From assembly GCF_030144855.1 (NCBI RefSeq), contig NW_026781355.1, positions 310,001-372,084 on the forward strand: DNA of 62,084 bases. Direction: 5' to 3'. How positions within the stretch are numbered: position 1 is the first letter of the stretch; each line of letters begins with the position of its first letter. Shown here in pieces: positions 1 to 11,763 of this stretch. This DNA comes from Hypanus sabinus (lineage: Eukaryota). The translations under genes were made by a program, and so were the position numbers. The notes below the pieces were generated by a model that saw only the letters and a list, made by a program, of their open reading frames with translations, was not told where the DNA came from and ran no database searches.

Positions 1-830
1 GCAGTCTCACGAGTGACACCTTGTCAAAGGCCTTCTGAAAATCCAAATATACAACATCTACTGCATCCACTTTATCTATCCTACATCTAATCTCCTCAAA
101 GTATTCCAAAAGGTTTGTCAGGCAAGATTTTCCCTGAAGGAAACCATGCTGACTTTGTCCTATCTTGTCCTGTGTCACCAAGTACTCCATAAACTCATCC
201 ATAACAATTAACTCCAACATCTTCCCAACCACTGAGGTGACGATAAATTGTCTATTGTTTCCTTTCTGCTGACTCCCTCCTTTCTTAAAGAGCGGAGTGA
301 CATTTGCAATTTTACAGTCTTCCGGAACCATGCCAGAAATATCATTACAAATGCCTCTGCAATCTTTACCATTACCTTTCAGAACCCTTGAGTGCAGTTC
401 ATCTGGTTCACGTGACTTATGTATCTTTAGGTCTCTCAGCTTTTTGAGCATCTTCTCCCTGATAATAGTAATTGCACTCGCTTCTTTTCCCTCACACTAT
501 CCAACACCTGGCTCAATGCTGGTGTCTTCCAAAATACTCATTTAGTTCACCTGCCATCTCCTTACTATCTCTCTGGCCTCATTTTCTAGTGGTCCTGTAT
601 CTACTCTCATCTCTCTTTTATGTTTTGTGTACTTGAAAACAGCTTTTTCTATCCACCTTGATACTGTTTGCTAGCTTGCTTTATATTTCATCTTTAACCC
701 CTGATGACTTTTTTAGGTATTTAAAAGCTTCCCAATCCTCTATCTTCCTGCTCATTTTTGCTTTCTTGTATAAGATAACACTTAATTTATCCCAAAGGAA
801 ATTATTGTTGCAAGGTTGCTCAGTCAGAAA
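1..830 (-). mobile_element. CR1-type LINE RT fragment (decayed)
   Basis: Reverse strand encodes DVVYLDFQKAFDKV-type RT motif. Boundaries approximate. Confidence 0.8.
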
Positions 831-984
831 TATAATCTTAAAATACAAAATGTAAGCATTGGGATATTAAAAAATACAAAATGTGCATTAAAAATTAACA
901 GCGGAAAATACAGATGAACAATGCAACCATATACTAATATAGTTAAGGAGCTGGATTTGTAGAGACTTAGAGCCAGAGGGAGAA

Positions 985-1575
985 AGGATCTCCTGTGGCA
1001 TTCAGTGATTCACCTCGGTGGAATCACTCTGTTACTAAAGGACCTCCTTTCTTTGTCCCATATGTCATGGAGGGGTGAGAGGGATTGTCCATAATGCTCC
1101 GTAGCTTCAGCATAATCATCGTCTCAGACAGCCACCAGGGGATCCAGTTCCACCCCCAGAACAGAACCAGCCTTCCTGGCAAGCTTATCAATCTTCTAAG
1201 CATCAGCTGCTCTCACCCTGCTGCCCCAGCGACCACAATGCAGAGTAGAATGCTGGCCATCACTGAGTTGTAAAAGATCTGCAGCAGAATACTGTAGACG
1301 TTGAATGACTGGAGCTCCTCGGGAAGTATAGTCGGCTCTGTCCCTTCTTGTACTGAGCTACTGTAGTTTTAGTCCAGTCCAGTTTATTGTCCATGTGAGT
1401 TCCCAGGAATCTGTAGTCTTGGACGACCTCTACACCTGTTCCCCTGATGGAGATGGGAATGCAGGGTGCTTTCGCCTTCCTGAACTCCACCACCAACTCC
1501 TTTGTCTTGGTGATGTTGAGCTGCAGGTGATCCAGCCTACACCACTCAACAAACTTGTCCACCACTCCTCTGTAC
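985..1575 (-). mobile_element. Rex1/L2-type LINE RT C-terminal fragment
   Basis: ORF 1260-1565: WCRLDHLQLNITKTKELVVEFR...FLGTHMDNKLDW. Confidence 0.8.
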
Positions 1576-1579
1576 TCAG

Positions 1580-2270
1580 CCTCTTGCCCTCTCTTTTGCT
1601 TTTACATTTGCTTTGACTTCCCTGGTCAACCACAATTGTATATTTTGCCATTTGAGATTTGCTTTGTTTTTGGAATGCATCTACCCTGCACCTTCCTCAC
1701 TTTGCACTGAAACTCATGTCATTGTTGCTCTGCTGTCATCCCTGCCAGCTTCTCCTTCCAATTTACTTTGGCTAACTTCTCTCTCATACCACAATAATTT
1801 CCTTTACACCACTGAAATACTGCTACATCAGACTTTACTTTCTCCCTCTCAGATTTCAAGATGAACTCTCAATCATATTGTGATCACTGTTTCCTCAGGG
1901 TTCTTTTACCTTAAGCTCCCTAATCACCTCCAGTTCATTAAATAACACCCAATCCAGTAGAGCTGATTCTCTAGTCGGCTCAATGACAAACTGCTCTAAA
2001 AAGCCATCACTCAGGTATTCAACAAACTCACTCTCTTGAGATCCATTACCAAACTGATTTTCCCGATTGACCTGCATGTTAAAATCTCCCATGACTATCA
2101 TAAAATGGCCTTTTGACATGCTTTTTCTTTCTTCTTTTGTAATCTGTATTCCAAATTCCAACTACTGTTTGGAGGCCTGTATTTAACTGCCATCAGGGTC
2201 CTTTTACCTTTGCAGTTTCATAACTAAAGCCACAAGGACTCAATGTCTTCTGAACCAATGTCACATCTTA
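1580..2270 (-). mobile_element. CR1 endonuclease fragment
   Basis: ORF 1895-2161: IVMGDFNM...EQFVIEPTRESALLDWV. Confidence 0.75.
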
Positions 2271-2279
2271 CAACCATAT

Positions 2280-5200
2280 AACCATATAACAATTACAGCA
2301 TGGAAACAGGCCATCTCAGCCTGTCTAATCCTTGCTGAATGTTACTCTCACCTTGTCCCACTGACCTGCACTCAGCCCATAACCCTCCATTCCTTTCCTG
2401 TCCATATACCTGTCCCATTGTACTTTAAATGACAATATTGAACCTGCCTCTACCTCTTCTACTGAAAGCTCATACAGCTACCACTCAATGAATAAAGAAG
2501 TTCCTCCTCGTGTTACCCCTAAACGTTTGCCCACTAACTCTCAGCTCATGTCCTCTTGTTTGAGTCTCCCCTACTCTCAATGGAAAAAGCCTATCCACGT
2601 CAACTCTATCTATCCCTCTCATAATTTTAAATACCTCTGTCAAGACCCCCCTCAATCTTCTAAGCTCCAAAGAATAAAGACCTAACTTGTTCAACCTTTC
2701 TCTGTATCTTAGGTGCTGAAACCCAGGCAACATTCTAGTAAATCTTCTTTGTACTTTCTCTATTTTCTTGACATCTTTCCTATAATTTGGTGACCAGAAC
2801 TGTACACAGTACTCCAAATTTGGCCTTACCAATGCCTTGTACAATTTTAACTTTACATCCCAACTCAATGCTCTGATTTATAAAGGCCAGCATATCAAAA
2901 GCTTTCTTCACCACCCTATCCACATGAGATTCCACCTTCAGGGAACTATGCACCATTATTCCTGGATCACTCTATTCTACTGCATTCTTCAATGCCCTAC
3001 CATTTACCATGTATGTCCTATTTTGACCTGTCCTAAAAAAATGTAGAACCTCACATTTATCAGCATTAAACACCATCTGCCATCTTTCAGCCCTCTCTTC
3101 TAATTAGCCTAAATCTATCTGCAAGCTTTGAAAACCTACTTCATTATCCACAACACCACCTATCTTAGTATCATCTGCATACTTACTAATCCAATTTACC
3201 ACCCCATCATCCAGATCATTAATGTAGATGACAAACAACATTGGACCCTGTACAGATCGCTGAGGCACACCACTAGTCACCGGCCTCCAACCTGACAAAC
3301 AGTTATCCACCACTACTCTGGCATCTCCCATCCAGCAACTGTTGAATCCACTTTACTACTTCAATATTAATACCTACTGATTGAACCTTCCTAACTAACT
3401 TTCCATGTGGAATCTTGTCAAAGGCCTTACTGAAGTCCATGTAGACAACATCCACTGCTTTACCCTCGTCAACTTTCTTAGTAACCTCTTCAAAAAATTC
3501 AATAAGATTTGTCAAACATGACCTTCCACGCACAAATCCATGTTGACTGTTCCTAATCAGACCCTGTCTATCCAGAAAATTATATATACCATCTCTAAGA
3601 ATATTTTCCATTAATTTACCCACCACTGACATCAAACTTACAGGCCTATAATTGCTAGGTTTACTCTTAGAATCCTTTTGAAACAATGGAACAACATGAG
3701 CAATACACCATTCCTCCAGCGCCAAACCCATTTCTAAAGACATGTGAAATATTTCTGTCAGAGCCACTGCAATTTCTACACGAACCTCCCTGAAGGTCCT
3801 AGGGAAACATCCTGTCAGGACCTGGAGATTTATCCAATTTTATATTCCTTAAAAACACCAGTACTTCCTCCTCTTTAATCATCATTGTTTCCATAACTCC
3901 CCTACTTGTTTCCCTTACCTTATACAATTCAATATCCTTCTCCTTAGTGAATACCGATGAAAAAAAATTGTTCAATTTCGCACACTAGCTGTCCACTGAT
4001 TCTCTAAGGGACCAATTTTATCCCTCACTATCCTTTTGCTATTAATATAAGTGTAGAAACTCTTTGGATTTATTTTCACCTTATTGTCAAAGCAACCTCG
4101 TACCTTCTTTTAGCTGTTCTGATTTGTTTCTTCAGATTCTTTTTACATTCTTTATATTCCTCAAGCACCTCATTTACTCCATGCTGCCTATATTTATTGT
4201 AGATATCTCTCTTTTTCCAAACAAAGTTTTCAATATCCCTTAAAAACCATGGCTCTCTCAAACTTTTAACCTAACAAGAACATAAAGATTCTGTACCCTC
4301 ATAATTTCACCTTAAATAACCTCCATTTCTCTATTACATCCTTCCCATAAAAAATTGTCCCGATCCACTCTTTCTAAATCCTTTTGCATCTCCTCAAAGT
4401 TAGCCTTTCTCCAATCAAAAATCTCAACCCTGGGTCCAGTCCTAACCTTCTCCATAATTATATTGAAACTAATGGCATTTTGATCACTGGACCTGAAGTG
4501 CTCCCCTACACATACCTCCATCACCTGACCTATCTCATTCCCGAACAGGAGATCCAACACTGCCCCTTCTCTAGTTGGTACTGCTAGGACTAAACTGTCC
4601 TGCACACATTTTACAAACTCCAAACCATCCAGCCCTTTTACAGAATGGGCTTCCCAGTCTATGTGTGGAAAATCAAAAGCTCCCACAATCACAACCTCAT
4701 GCTTACTATAAATATCTGCTATCTCCATACAAATTTGCTCCTCCAATTCTTGCTCCCCATTAGGTGGTCTATAATACACCCCTATGAGTGTTACTACACG
4801 TTTCCCATTCCTCAATTCCACCCAAATAGTCTCCCGAGATGAGCCCTCTAATCCATCCTGCCAGAGCACTGCTGTAATATTTTCTCTGACATGCAATGCA
4901 ACACCTCCCCCTCTTGTCCCTCCGATTCTATCACACCTGAAGCATGAAATCCAGGAATATTTAGTTGCCAATCACACTCCTACTGCAACCATGTTTCACT
5001 AATATGTACAACATCATATTTCCAGGTATCAATCCATGCTCTAAGCTCATCCAACTTTCTTACAATGCTCCTAGCATTAAAATAAATACATTTAAGAAAT
5101 TGTCCACCTCCTCCTCTCTGTTTATCTCTTAAAGTACAATGAACTTTACTGTCTCCTTTTTCTTGCTCTCCCATACATCTGTTCCTACACTCTGGTTCCC

Positions 5201-6720
5201 CTCCCGCCTCATATCTAGTTTTAATCCACTGGAGCCTCTCTAACAAACCTACCTGCAAGAATATTTGTTACCCTCCAGTTCAGATGTAAACCATCCTGCT
5301 GGAACAGGTTCCACCTTCTCTGGAAGACTTCCCAATATCTATAAATCTGAAGCCCTCCCTCTTGCACCATGTCTTCAGCCACGTGTTGATCTGTGCTATC
5401 TTACTATTTCTAAACCCGCCTGCACGCGGCACTGGCAGGAATCCTGAGATTGCTATCCTGGAGGTCCTGTCCTTTAACTTGGTGCCTAACCCCCTTGTCA
5501 CGTAGCCCGTGATGGGTTAAAGAACCAGCAGAAATAGGAAACACTGTGGAGTCTGGTGCTGCTACAAACCAATGCTATTTATTAGTAACTACACAATACA
5601 GAGATATAAATGCAGATATATCAAACGGGTTAACAATGATTATATATTTTATATTATATTTATATTATATTATATTATAGTTTTATCACAGCTTTTCTGC
5701 ACTGCGAGAGTCACTGATCGATTTCCCCGAATCGACCCTCCAGAAACCCACCTTCCTGTAGGCACAACAAGCTCATCCAGTGTCCAAAACCGTGTGTGTC
5801 CGACACCAGCAGCTGACCTGGTATTTATTTCAGCATGCTGAACACCAGCTGTCCATCAAACTGCTCTGCCCTTCTCTCTCTGTCAGAATGTACAAGCAGC
5901 CACTGTCCTTGTGGAAATGAAAACAAACTGCCGAGAAACCATAACATCAATCTTCTGAGCACTCTTCACTTCTCTCTCTCTTAATAACAAGGTCTCGGTG
6001 TTGGACACCTCCCTCTATCTCTTTCTTTTTAAGAGCATAGTTCATAGGGTCAATTCAGGACCCAGTCACACCCTAAAGTCACCTTTCAGGACATCCTCAC
6101 TCTTCCTATCCACATCATTGGTCCCTACATGGACCACAACATCCAGCTGCTCACCCTCCCTCTTGAGAATACTGAGAACTCATTCCGAGATATCGCGGAC
6201 CTTGGCACTCGGGAGGCAACAGACCATCCAGGATTCTCAATCTCTCCCACAGAACCTCTTATCTGTCCCCCTAATTATCAAATCCCCTATCACTGCAGCT
6301 CTTCTCTTTTCTCTCCTTGCCTTCTGAGCTGAGGGTCCAGTCTCGGTGCCAGAGATGCAACCACTGCAACTTGTCCCTGGTAGGTCGTCCCTACCAACAG
6401 TATCCAAAATGGTACACTTATTATTGAGGGGAACAGCCACAGGGGTGCTCTGCTCATTCTGTCTAACCTTCCCTCTCCTGACAGTCACCCAGCTACCTGT
6501 CTCCTGACTCTTAGGAGTGACGATCTCCCTGTAACTCCTGTTTATTTCTGCCTCTGCCTCCCAAATGATCCGAAGTTCATTCAGCTCCAGCTCCAGTTCC
6601 CTAATCTTTCTACTGATTTGATGCCATTCTTTACCAGTAGAGTCACACCACCCCCTCTGCCTACCTTCATATCCCTCTGATACAACATGTAACTTTGGAC
6701 ATTCAGCTTCCAACTGCAAT
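2280..6720 (-). mobile_element. Near full-length decayed CR1 LINE (ORF1 esterase/coiled coil, EN, RT), interrupted by a solo LTR
   Basis: RT ORFs 2485-3767, APE ORFs 4312-5258, SGNH-esterase-like ORF1 pieces 5280-5501 and 6237-6719, short-repeat 3' tail near 2270-2290. Confidence 0.9.
5496..6070 (-). mobile_element. Solo LTR (575 bp) with 4-bp TSD CCCT
   Basis: Termini TGT...ACA, CCCT at 5492-5495 and 6071-6074, minus-strand AATAAA at 5578-5583. Removing it rejoins CR1 ORF1. Confidence 0.85.
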
Positions 6721-6859
6721 CATCATTCAGTCATGATTCAGTGATGGACACAACATCAAACCTGACAATCTGTAATTGTGAAACAAGATCATCCACCTTA
6801 TTTCTTATTCTCAGTACATTGTGATATAACACTTTGAGTACTGTATTTGCTTTTCAGAC

Positions 6860-7150
6860 AGGTGGGGCTCATCAGCCTTGGACGGCAGCCTGCCGAGGAC
6901 AAGGAAAACTCTGATTTTAGGCCTTCATTACTTCTGGCCGTACCCACCCACGGGAAAGGCTTCGGGAGTAAACCCCGAGGAAGAAATCCGTAGCCGGGGT
7001 CCTTAGCCGCAGTTTGATGTTGTTTACAACTTCACTCTGGCAACCCCAGGGATGACACTGGTGCCATGCTGTATCGGTGTTTGCCCTTCCCTTGGACTCC
7101 ATCAGTGACGTGGAGATGGGGAACCCGCTGCATGGACAACAGCTGATTCT
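6860..7150 (+). repeat. Interspersed repeat (RTE-like UTR-type family); inverted second copy at about 8460-9000
   Basis: Shared gggagtaaaccccgagg..aaatcc..gctgg segment occurs in opposite orientation at 8585-8635. Family assignment is tentative. Confidence 0.5.
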
Positions 7151-7352
7151 TCAAATCTTCCTACCCAGGCTTACACCCTGGAGAAGACACAGTCCACCAG
7201 AGGCACAAACCCATCATCCCCTGGGATTGACTGCTGCCTACTGTATTTGCTACCATTTTTGATTCTGCACCCCTAATGCACTGACACTCACCCTGATGGC
7301 TGCCTGCCCTTCCTGACAGTCTGACTGCATGCAATCTTTGCTTTTTTACCAT

Positions 7353-7548
7353 TGTGGTAAACTATGTGTATACCTGTCTGGACACGCCCCTCTGCTGACT
7401 GCTCCTGTGGCTCCTCCCACAGACCCCTGTATAAAGGATATTGGAGGCACTTCTCCTCCCTCAGTCTCCAAGATGTCGTGGTCACATTTTCAGCTAATAA
7501 AAGCCTATCTTTTGCCTCCCGTCTCCGAGAGTTATTGATGTTGCATCA
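7353..7548 (+). mobile_element. Short solo LTR (196 bp), 5-bp TSD ACCAT
   Basis: TG...CA termini, TATAAA 7430-7435, AATAAA 7496-7501, ACCAT at 7348-7352 and 7549-7553. Confidence 0.88.
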
Positions 7549-7549
7549 A

Positions 7550-8460
7550 CCATCCATCCTATCCTGAGTCCCTGAACTCCAGTTCCTATCCCCCTGCCAA
7601 ATTAGTTTAAACTCTCCCCTACAGCTCTAACAAACGTGCCCGTGAGAATATTGATTTCCCTTGAGTTCAGGTGAAACCCGTCACTTTTGAACAGTGTCAT
7701 ACCTCCCCCAGAAGAGATCCCAATAATCCAAAACCAAAGCCCTGCCCCCTGCCCCAGCTTCTCAGCCACACATTGATCTACCAAATCATCCTGTTTCTAC
7801 CATCACTGCCGCGTGGCACAGGCAGCAATCCAGAGATTACTACCCTGGAGGTCCTGCTTCTCAGCTTTCTACCGAGCTGTCTAAATTCTCTCTTTGCTTT
7901 TCTTTCCGATGTCATTGGTACCAATATGTATCAAAATGTCTGGCTGCTCTCCCTCCCTCTACATAAAGCTAAGGACGCAATCCGTGATGCCCCTGACTCT
8001 GGCACCTGGGAGGCAACATAGCATCTGGGTGTCCTCTTCACATCCACAGAATCTTCTGTTTGTTCCTCTGAATATCGGAAGCAGTTTTGGGCCCCTTATC
8101 TTAGAAAGGATGTACTGAAACTGGAGAGGGTTCAAAGGAGGTTCACGAAAATGATTCCAGGATTGAATGGCTTGTCACATTCAGAGTGTTTAATATCTCT
8201 GGGCCTGTATTCACCAGAATTCATTAGAATGAGGAGTGACCTCATTGAAACCTATTGAATGGTGAAAGGCCTCGATAGAGTAGATGTGGAGAGGATGTTT
8301 CCTATGGTGGAGAGTCTAAGACCAGAGGACACAGCCTCAGAATAGAGGGGCATCCTTTTAGAATAGAGATGAGGAGGAAATTCTTTAGCCAGAGAGTGGT
8401 GAATCTGTAGAGTTTGTTGCCGTAGGCAGCTATGGAGGCCGAGTCATTATGTATATTTAA
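7550..8460. mobile_element. CR1 fragments: ORF1 esterase (- strand, about 7550-8060) and RT 3' end (+ strand, about 8060-8460)
   Basis: Typical CR1 esterase and RVQRRFT/LRGDLIE-type sequence. Confidence 0.75.
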
Positions 8461-8666
8461 GAGGGGTGTTGTTCCCCCTCTCCAAGCATCTGATGAACCC
8501 AAAGGAATGGCAGAGACTGGTACAGTTTGGCACCAGTTGCATCGAGGAGTTGCCAGTCAGTGTTGAACTTAATGTAGATCTGCCTGATGGACTCCAGCTC
8601 CAGAATTTCACCTTGGGGGTTTACTCCCGAAGCCTTCCTCATGAGTGAGTACAGTCACAAAGGGTG

Positions 8667-8880
8667 TGATGCACCATCAATAACTCACACTGAGATGAAA
8701 GGCGAGATATCGGCTTTTATTGACTGGAAGAAGGAACCAGGAGTGAGTGTCCATCATACCATGTCCTGGAGACTGAGGCCGAGCGAAAGGCCTCAGATCG
8801 CCTTTATACAGGGGCCTGTGGGAGGAGCCACAGGAGCAGTCAGCAGGGGACGTGTCCAGACAGGCACATAGTTCACCACA
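8667..8880 (-). mobile_element. Second copy of the short solo LTR (214 bp), 5-bp TSD GGGTG
   Basis: Reverse-complement homolog of 7353-7548. GGGTG at 8662-8666 and 8881-8885. Confidence 0.88.
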
Positions 8881-9149
8881 GGGTGGAGATTTGAGATCAG
8901 AGTTTTCCCTCTCCTAGATGAGCTGCCAACCACGGCTGACAAGCCCCATCTGCCCAAAGCAACTGGTTTTAAAGTTTCAGTAACCCACATTTGCCCCTTC
9001 ACCTGTCATTAGAAACGGTTCCTCTGGGTTTAGTAGCTGAGCCACACGTGAAGGGCAGGAGCTGGAGTTCGTTGTCAGAGGCCATTTGAGGCAGACGCCA
9101 TTGGGAGCATTTAATAGGTAGTGGGAGCTTGTCCGTATTAGCACCCTCA

Positions 9150-9660
9150 GCTATAACAACAGTAACCCTTTACAACGGGTAGTCAAAACTGCCCAACGCA
9201 TTGCTGGCAGCAGCCTACCCAGCATCAAACTCATATATACACAGAAATGTGCCAATAAAGACCAGGTAACACCATGAATGATCTCACACCCACCCACCCC
9301 TCGCTCATGGACTGTTTGTCCCACTCCCATCAGCACCACACTGGGAAAACCAGACTCTAAAACAGTTACTTTCCCCAAGCAGCAAGTCTGATCAACCCCT
9401 CCCCTCTCCACACCCCCACCACCACCTCTTCATTATTTCCTGACATCTCCTTATGTACACACACTCCTATGCCTCGTGTCACTTTATGGACACACAACCG
9501 ATCTGTGTATAGAAACTATCTTATGCGTTTATACTTATTTTGTGTATTTTTTGTATCATTGTGTTCTTTATCTCAGTGTTTTTTTGTGTTGCTTCGAACC
9601 CAGTGTGACAATTATTTCATTCTCCTTTACACTTGTCTACTGGAAATGATATGAAACAAT
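9150..9660 (+). mobile_element. Rex1/L2-type LINE 3' fragment
   Basis: LQRVVKTAQRIAGSSLPSI-like coding remnant plus 3' UTR with (ttgaatg)n tail. Confidence 0.65.
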
Positions 9661-10505
9661 TTGAATGTTGAATGTTGAATCCGGGGTTCCTGCGGTGCGT
9701 TTTGTTTCCAGCATCTGCAGTCTCCTGTGCCCCCGTGATGATGGTCACACTGCCTTCGGTGAAACCCCGGACACTAACTCCTCCTGTGTCCAGTTATCTG
9801 CAGGACCTCTTCCTCCTGGTCAGTTCTCCCCCTCCAGTCCCTTGCTTTATGGTTTCTTTCCCATTGACCTCACCCACTAATTTCAATTGCCAGATCCATG
9901 TATCTTATCCCTGTTCACTCTAGGAATTGGACTGTAAGGTCACAAGATATGGGAGCAGAATTAGGCCATTCGGTCCATCGAGTCTGTTCCCCCATTCCAT
10001 TATGTCTGATTTAGTTTCCCCCTCAACCCCATTTTCCTGTCCTCTATCTGTAACCTTCCTAATGAAGAAACTATCAGACTCTGTTTCAAATATATGCAGT
10101 GACTTGGCTTCCCACAGTCATCTGTGGCAATGAATTTCACAGAATCACGACTGTCTGGCTGAAGAATGTCTGATACCAGAGGGTGTGTGATTCAGCTGGG
10201 AGGGGGTAAGTTCAAAGGGGGTGTGGGGACAAATTTATCTTTACAGAGAGAGTGGTGGGTGTGCAGAACGCACTGCCGGGGTTGTGGGGGGGGGGGGAGA
10301 CAGATTCCGTAGAGGCGTTTAAGAGACTCTTGGACTGATGCATGAATTGTGGTTTGGGATATAGACCTGGTGTAGCAGAAGCAGTTAGTTTAGTTAAGCA
10401 TTCAATTACGAGTTTAAGTAGTTTGTGGACCGAAATGTCTTTTCCCATGCTATACTGTTCTATGACTTTCTATCCAGCCTCCTGCAGAATTCTCTGGAAA
10501 TTCTA

Positions 10506-10570
10506 CAGTTCCGTGCAAAAGTCTTAGACACCTATATATAGCTGGGGTGCCAAAGACTTCTGCAGTTCTG
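10506..10570. mobile_element. Tiny Tc1/mariner-type MITE
   Basis: Imperfect TIRs cagttccgtgcaaaagtcttagacacc / ggtgccaaagacttctgcagttctg, flanked by TA on both sides. Confidence 0.65.
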
Positions 10571-11247
10571 TATTTGTCAACGTGGAGCGGAGAGAGAGTT
10601 TTTAAATCTGGTGGAAGCAAAAGCTGTTGGGAATGGTGAGGATGAAGTGTGGGACGGGGGCAGAGAAGGTGTGTTGGGGCAGGGGATGGTGTGGGTGCAG
10701 ACACCCCCAGACCTGAGACGCCAAGATCATCTGATTCCAAACAACTGTTTTACCGATCACTACATGATGTCTCTCTGGTGTTTCCCGCTCCCTTCCCCTT
10801 TTCCCAGCCATGATTGCCCCCTCCCTGTCCCCTTTCCCACTCTCAGTCCACAATCGAGTCCCCTATCAGCATCAGGTTTATCATCACTCACAAATGCCAC
10901 AGAACAGAGAACATTGAAGAGTACAGTGAAGGAACAGGCCATTCGGCCCATAATGTTCACTGAACCAACTAAAAAGTAAATCAACCCCCCCACCACCATC
11001 TCTCCACCTTCCTCACACCCATGCACCTACCCAAACGTCTCTTAAAAGCCTCCAATGTATTTGCCTTCACCACCCTACCAGGGAGGGCATTCCAGGCACC
11101 CATTACCCTCTGAGTAAAAAACTTACCCCTCACGGCCCCCTTGAGCCTACCCCCTTTCACCTTCAATGCCCTCTGGTATTGGACATTTCAACCCTCACCT
11201 TAACCCTAATGTCGGCAGATCAAGCAGCATCTAGTGACAAGAGCCCA

Positions 11248-11284
11248 GAGTCAACGTTTCGAGCCGAGACCCTTCTTCAGGATC
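11248..11284 (-). ncRNA. Minimal hammerhead-ribozyme-like motif in a Penelope-derived repeat
   Basis: Reverse strand reads gatc CTGAAGA agggtctcggctc GAAA C GTT gactc. Core is intact; stem I has a mismatch. Confidence 0.45.
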
Positions 11285-11409
11285 GAAATGAAAGGGTCTC
11301 AGCCTGAACCATCGACTGTTCACTCCCCTCCTGCCCGACCTGCTGAGTGCCTCCAGCATTTTGTGTGTGTTGCTCTGGACTTGCAGAATCTGGTGTTTGT
11401 AAGTTACTG

Positions 11410-11479
11410 CAGGACTGTGCAAAAGTCTTTGGCACCAAGCTATATATATGTAAGTGCCTGAGACTTTTCCACAGCATCG
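11410..11479. mobile_element. Second copy of the same MITE, about 220 bp upstream of the leader ATG
   Basis: caggactgtgcaaaagtctttggcac...gtgcctgagacttttccacagcatcg. Confidence 0.6.
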
Positions 11480-11558
11480 TACTCGCATAAAATTTGCTTC
11501 CAGTAAATGCGAAGAGTTTGTAACTACCGTCATGAGAAACTGCACTGTGCTTGAAATG

Positions 11559-11617
11559 ACTTCCTGCCAGCTACTAACTTCGACAGTGGCTGAGAATTTT
11601 TTTTTGAGGAAGTGAAG
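11559..11617 (+). promoter_or_regulatory. Putative ETS/PU.1 sites upstream of the leader exon
   Basis: ACTTCCTG (ETS core, 11559-11566) and GAGGAAGTGAAG (PU.1-type, near-EICE, 11606-11617), about 85-145 bp before the ATG. No obvious TATA box. Confidence 0.45.
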
Positions 11618-11702
11618 CAGCAAATCGAGCAGCTTCTGTATTTCAGCGAGAGAATGAAGAAAGAACTGAAGTGTGAGAGGACTCCACACTGAAGCGCTGG
11701 AA

Positions 11703-11763
11703 ATGCTCTCTCTCCGGGTTTGTCTCTGCACCGTCCTGTTGTCCGTCTCAGTCCGGGGATACA
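11703..11763 (+). CDS. Leader (signal peptide) exon [20 protein letters not shown]
   Basis: ATG at 11703, basic N-region plus hydrophobic core plus small residues, donor ACA|GTAGGT in phase 1, which matches the phase-1 acceptor of V1. Lies in unique sequence. The link across the 12-kb intron is inferred. Confidence 0.7.
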
